Source: Macrostomum lignano (taxonomy: Eukaryota). From it: DNA of 64,000 bases. The notes under the pieces are model-generated. The model was given only the letters and a program-made list of their open reading frames with translations, was not told the DNA's origin and ran no database searches. Position numbers and translations under genes: made by a program. The stretch is from assembly GCA_002269645.1 (NCBI GenBank), contig NIVC01000629.1, positions 248,001 to 312,000 of the forward strand. Reading direction: 5' to 3'. Shown here piece after piece: positions 59,451 to 64,000 of this stretch (the stretch's first letter is position 1; each line of letters begins with the position of its first letter).

Positions 59451-60134
59451 GCCTGGCTGAAAGCTTGTAATGGGTTAGTAGGCTGGGTTGGAGGGTAATA
59501 GTCGATCCGCGAAGGGCTGTGGGTAGCTGTATAGGAAGGCAGGCCTATACCTGTTCCAGTTGATGCTCTGACGGTCTCCCTCGGAGTGTCCTCTGAGCGA
59601 ACAGCCAGCGACTCTATTAAAGCTGGAGTGTGCCAGAACCAGGACTGAGTCTGAACAGGACGGGGCCGTTGGCACGGCCTAGTAGAAATGGCGGGTTGGC
59701 GAAGCAAAGAGTGAAATAGTTCCGGCGATTAGCCTTCCTGCCGCTTCAAAGATAAGAGACTGTCTGGCAAGAGTACCCGGGGTTTAGTGGGTGGGGAGGC
59801 TCCTTCGGGTTGCCACGGCCGTGGGGGCGGTCATTTGACCGGTTTTTTGGCATTCCTAACCCAGGAGAAGGCACGGGCTTCCCTGAATGGTTCACTCAAC
59901 CCCCTCTAGCCCCAGGGAGGTTTTGATTTGAGCTTGGAGTAGGCTTAACGCCTCGAAGGCAGGGGGTAGGGCCCGCCCTTTGCCCGACTGGTGTTGCCTG
60001 CTCAGCTTGTTGGCCACAGTCACTCTCACTCTAGCTTAGAAACCTTGTGTACCTGGGTACACTCCTAATCTGAAACCTTAAATATTACTAGTGGCGTAAG
60101 AGCCTGATCAATGGCCGAGGCGCCGGAATACTTA

Positions 60135-60400
60135 TTTATTTAGTTAGTTAGTTCTCACCAGAGTCTTGAGCTCTGGTCCCAATAGTGGCCTCTCGGGCTA
60201 TATGCCCCTGGCAGTATGGCCCAATCAGATCCCTGCGGTAGAGCCCCCTTTCGGGCTGATCCGCGGCAAGCCCCTGGCTTTCCACCCCGTTTGAGAAGAA
60301 GAAAAGGCCGTCGACACAGCTTGCTGGAAGACGTGTGGTTGCATTGTGTGCACAATTTTCTTTCGTACACGCTGTGTCCAAAAGTTTACTGCGTGGAAAA
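60135..60400 (-). mobile_element. Probable retroposon 3' end with (TAAC)n/(TAAA)n tail
   Basis: Minus strand reads ...CTCTGGTGAGAACTAACTAACTAAATAAAT; the 17-mer TCTCACCAGAGTCTTGA is shared with about 59167. Confidence 0.35.
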
Positions 60401-60764
60401 TGCCACGAGGGCTTAGTAAATTCCCACATAACTTTTTCCCTACAAAACTTGTAGGGAATAACAAGGATACGCAGAGCTGGGCGGTAGGATTTGGGGATGA
60501 GGCTGCATACGAGTTGTGCATCATTGCAGACCTCGTCAATGTGCAAACTCTCTGCATTTATGTGCGGGACTCCTGCGCACGAGCCATGCGTGTACTTATT
60601 GGGAACTTTCATCCCGGGGTGCAACGGCCGCTGCGTACTTTATTTTATTTTCAGCTGGTTGCTTTGTGCAGCCCAGTCACAACCAGTCAGGTACCGATTT
60701 AAGAATGTGTGTATAAGCGAGGATTTTGCTGAAATCATAATCTGAGTGAAAGTCTGCGGTAGCA

Positions 60765-61393
60765 ATGTTCTCGAATACCGGTAGAGTTTCCAGTCAGCTC
60801 GATTCCAGCGGCTCACCGATCGATGCTGGCCAACTGATTGACAGTTCGGCAGATGAAACTGCCGTGGAACTTCCGACATTTTTAGCGGCAGAACAGCCTG
60901 GTTCATCATCGGATACGTCTGGGATTCTGATGGAAACCCGCTGTTTAGGACTGAGCTACGAGGAGAGACACGAGATCAACTTGATGTACCACCAGCTGAG
61001 GGACCATGGCGAGCAGCTGCGACTGACAGGATGGAGACCCTTGCTAGGTGAGCGTCTGAGGCCAGTGGGTTGTGAAGTATCTTCGAGAAAATGAGTAAAT
61101 AAATTTTTCTTCCTTTAGACTGCGAATACGTCAAGGATTGTTGCCATAGCGACAGATGCGACAACTGTAACGAGGCCACAGAAGATGAAGAGAACGACAG
61201 CTCGTGTTGCAGCAGCAGCGGTAGCAGCAAAAGCTCCTGCAGCTCGGGCAGCGGCAGCTCGGTATGCGGCACGAGGTTCAAGCACCGGCGTCGTACCGAG
61301 CGCTGGAACCAGGAGTTCGACGAGGAGGTGCGCGAACTGCAGGGCTTCATCGACCGCTCCTATTATCCGACTAAAGTGTACAGGGTAAAGTGA
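60765..61393 (+). CDS. Uncharacterised protein, at least 2 exons (60765-61047, 61119-61384 or 61393)
   Basis: A 71-nt intron (G|GTGAGC...TCCTTTAG|AC, phase 1) joins ...WRPLL to DCEYVKDCCHSDRCDNCNE..., a Ser-rich linker and RWNQEFDEEVRELQGFIDRSYYP. No family recognised; further exons are possible. Confidence 0.6.
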
Positions 61394-61719
61394 TTCGCGA
61401 ACGGGAATAGGCAGTGTGTTCTTGTACGAGTAGTAGAGGATGTTTCTCTCCATTAATGAAATTATAGTTTTATTTGTCTTTCAATAGGAAGCATTAGGAA
61501 GATAATGAATTTGGACAACTGCAGTAGCAGGACGCTACAATTGGCTTTCTTAGAAATCAGCTGCAGCCCGGTAAGGCACCTATAATTATCGTAATGTTGT
61601 CGAGAAGTCGCGGATTTTTTCATCAATCTCACTGACCCTATGGCACTCTGCTTGCGATCGCGGAGTAACGCATCATATCGGTTTTTATAATCTTTGCTAT
61701 CGACTCTGAGAGATCCATA

Positions 61720-61910
61720 TGCTAAAAATGGTCTGTCGGTAGGTAGGTAGGTTTTTTTCGCAAATGAATTTCATCCAAACAGAAGCAATGTCCGAACAGA
61801 GTGTGGAGGTTCGGGTTTGCCGATAAATGCTCGGGACCGGGGTAAATCCCGAATGCCGAAAAATGTCCATTTCCGAACACCTCTAGTCCTGCATCAGGGC
61901 GGAGCAAAGC
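61720..61910. mobile_element. HINE/Helitron-like repeat fragment
   Basis: ATATGCTAAAAATGGTCTGTCGG(TAGG)n architecture like the repeats at 13500-14115. Confidence 0.3.
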
Positions 61911-62789
61911 TATTTAATGAGTTTAATAAAGTTGCCCCATAAAGATATTGCTAAGAAAACCGATTAAAACGCAAAGTCGTTTAACTCATGATAATTCATT
62001 TGCAAAAAATGCTTACCTTGACCCCGGGGAGTCGTATGAGAGTTCGCACGAAAGTTCTCGAAAGTATAAAGTACATTTAACTACTATTAATTGAAGCTGT
62101 TCAGCTGTTTCACTCGTACTACCTGATGACTCATTTGTTATTTTCAAGTAGAGACAGTTTTTGCAAGTAGTTTTTACGTGTACATTTTACACTTTGTATA
62201 CATTTAATACAAGTACAATAATACACATGCGTTCATTATTAGCTGCGCGTAGACTATACTAAGCTGCATGTAAATTTTCGTGTAAAATATAAAACAGTGC
62301 CGTCTAACTCCGGTTTAACAGTAAACAAATTAAAACACAAACAGCCACTTTGCCTGTCTCTCCCTCCGTGGCTCTAATATTAGAATCCCATGTACGCAAA
62401 TATGAAAAATTCCAATGGGGTTCCCATTAGTCACCGACTTTACTGTATGGTTGCAGCCCAGGTTTAACCAATGCAATCCTTTATCGAGGAAGCCATGACG
62501 AAATAGGAGTTATTTCTTCTGCGGCCCAGCCTCTTCGATGAAGCATCGCCAATCCAGCAAATCTTTTAACAAAAACGGCTTCAGCGATTTGCCGCCGCAT
62601 TCCGCATGCAACAGCTGGCCTGCCAGTCAGGGATGCACTGGAGGCGCAAAACTGATCGAAATCACCTAAGTATGTCAAATTCCCAACTAAGGCTTCAATG
62701 CTTTTATTGTAGCTTAAAAATAGTTACTGTATATAACTATCTCACTGCCCAGGCTCAAAATTCCTTTGTAGTCCACTGTTTACATGTAG

Positions 62790-63430
62790 ATTCAAAATCT
62801 CTGTTTAGATCAGAAATGGCACTGTTTAGATCAGAAATCCCAGTGTTTGGATCCGAAATCCCAGTGTTTAGATCCGAAATCCCAGTGTTTACATCCAAAA
62901 TATCACTGTTTAGATTCAAAATCTCACTGTTTAGATTCAAAATCTCACTGTTTAGATTCAAAATCTCACTGTTTAGATTCAAAATCTCACTGTTTAGATC
63001 CAAAATCTCACTAATTAGATCCGAAATCTCACTGATTAGATTCAAAATCTCACTGTTTAGATTTAAAATCTCACTGATTAGATCCAAAATCTCACTGATT
63101 AGATCCGAAATCCCAGTGTTTACATCCGAAATCTCACTGATTAGATAAAAAATCTCACTGTTTAGATTCAAAATCTCACTGTTTAGATTCTAAATCTGAC
63201 TATTTGGATCCAAAATCCCCGTGTTTAGATCTGAAATTTCACTGTTTAGATTCAAAATCCCACTTTAGATCCAAAATCTCACTGATTAGATTCAAAATCT
63301 CACTGATTAGATTCAAAATCCCACTTTAGATCCAAAATCTCACTGATTAGATTCAAAATCCCACTTTAGATCCAAAATCTCACTGTTTAGATCCGAACTG
63401 TCACTGTTAAGATACAAAATCTCACTTTGA
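62790..63430. repeat. 21-bp minisatellite, about 30 copies
   Basis: Unit AGATTCAAAATCTCACTGTTT; source of the repetitive ORFs 62606-63148 and 62755-63171. Confidence 0.95.
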
Positions 63431-64000
63431 AGCTTCAAAATCTCGCCAAAGCGACTTGATAGCAGCTACCAGCAGTGCCAAAAAAGCTTGAAATGCGCAC
63501 AAAATCTGGCTGACAGTACTTTAAGGAACTATTTTTTCCCGGCAAAACCGACGCATTTTCAACGAGTTTCGGCACAATTTATTTCTAATATTTTTATAGT
63601 CTATTATAATTGCGTATTGGCTAAGCGCCTGCATGGCAGATGACATAACCGAGATTGAAGTTTTGTTACAAGTAGCAGTTTCACATATCGAATTGAGCCT
63701 TTAGACTGGCATGAAAATTGAGGGTAGCGAGTTTGCAACAGCAGCAAGCGGTGCTATGGGGATTAGAGAAACGATGCGAAAAAACGACAAAAAATGCAAC
63801 CAAAATTCTCTGCTCAAAGGCAATTCAGCCGGTGCCAGTAAAGCACGGTACACCGTGCAGGTGACACGGCACTGCTCCTGCCAAGCATTACGGAGGAACA
63901 GAGATTGCAGCATTGGGCAATTCCTCGGCAGTATCAACTGCTTGGATACTCTATCCAACTGATCCCACATCGGAATCCACTGATCCCACTCTCGGATCCC

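Noticed and set aside
60225-60624. Possible degenerate GIY-YIG endonuclease (GKSYVG) of a Penelope-like element
   Set aside because: The motif is only 6 residues in a stop-riddled frame, with no supporting RT nearby in register.
62450-62670. Possible third exon of the orphan gene
   Set aside because: No phase-0 acceptor gives a substantial open frame; left unassigned.
2484-63171. Long repetitive ORFs (2484-3563, 3728-4579, 5982-6785, 10427-11411, 33799-35075, 47152-48345, 49194-50294, 62606-63171)
   Set aside because: They are translations of minisatellites, often open in several frames and on both strands; most lie in introns of well-supported genes.
2510-63430. Minisatellite unit lengths clustering near multiples of a helical turn (20-23, 31-33, 44-46, 54, 85)
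   Set aside because: There are several exceptions (25, 26-27, 35-36, 57, 67) and the sample is too small; it needs a genome-wide period histogram.

Overview
This is eukaryotic (animal) genomic DNA, most likely from a macrostomid flatworm. The assignment rests on two spliced-leader (SL) RNA genes whose 45-nt exon ends in AUG and closely resembles the Macrostomum SL as I recall it; I could not verify this by search. GC-rich, intron-containing gene islands alternate with AT-rich blocks full of DNA transposons. Six conserved-type genes can be reconstructed by hand with consistent splice phases: a C2H2 zinc-finger gene, a GRHPR-like 2-hydroxyacid dehydrogenase, G3BP, TSG101, a PPM1H-like PP2C phosphatase and the single-exon EMC6. 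There is also one orphan two-exon gene. Most long introns are filled by a private minisatellite, which explains most of the spurious long ORFs in the track. The most notable structure is at 54.7-56.6 kb: a 1440-bp-period repeat with two SL RNA gene copies flanking an intact 5S rRNA gene, all on the minus strand, where the two SL exons differ at 4 clustered positions. Related signs of trans-splicing are unpaired acceptors where the SL AUG would be in frame (TSG101, G3BP) and two closely spaced co-oriented gene pairs that are operon candidates. Mobile elements include decayed MULE and Merlin transposase copies with TIRs, many TSD-flanked hAT-like and P-like non-autonomous elements, a Helitron-like dimer, a CORE-like SINE and LINE fragments. 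All coordinates were counted by hand and may be off by a few bases.
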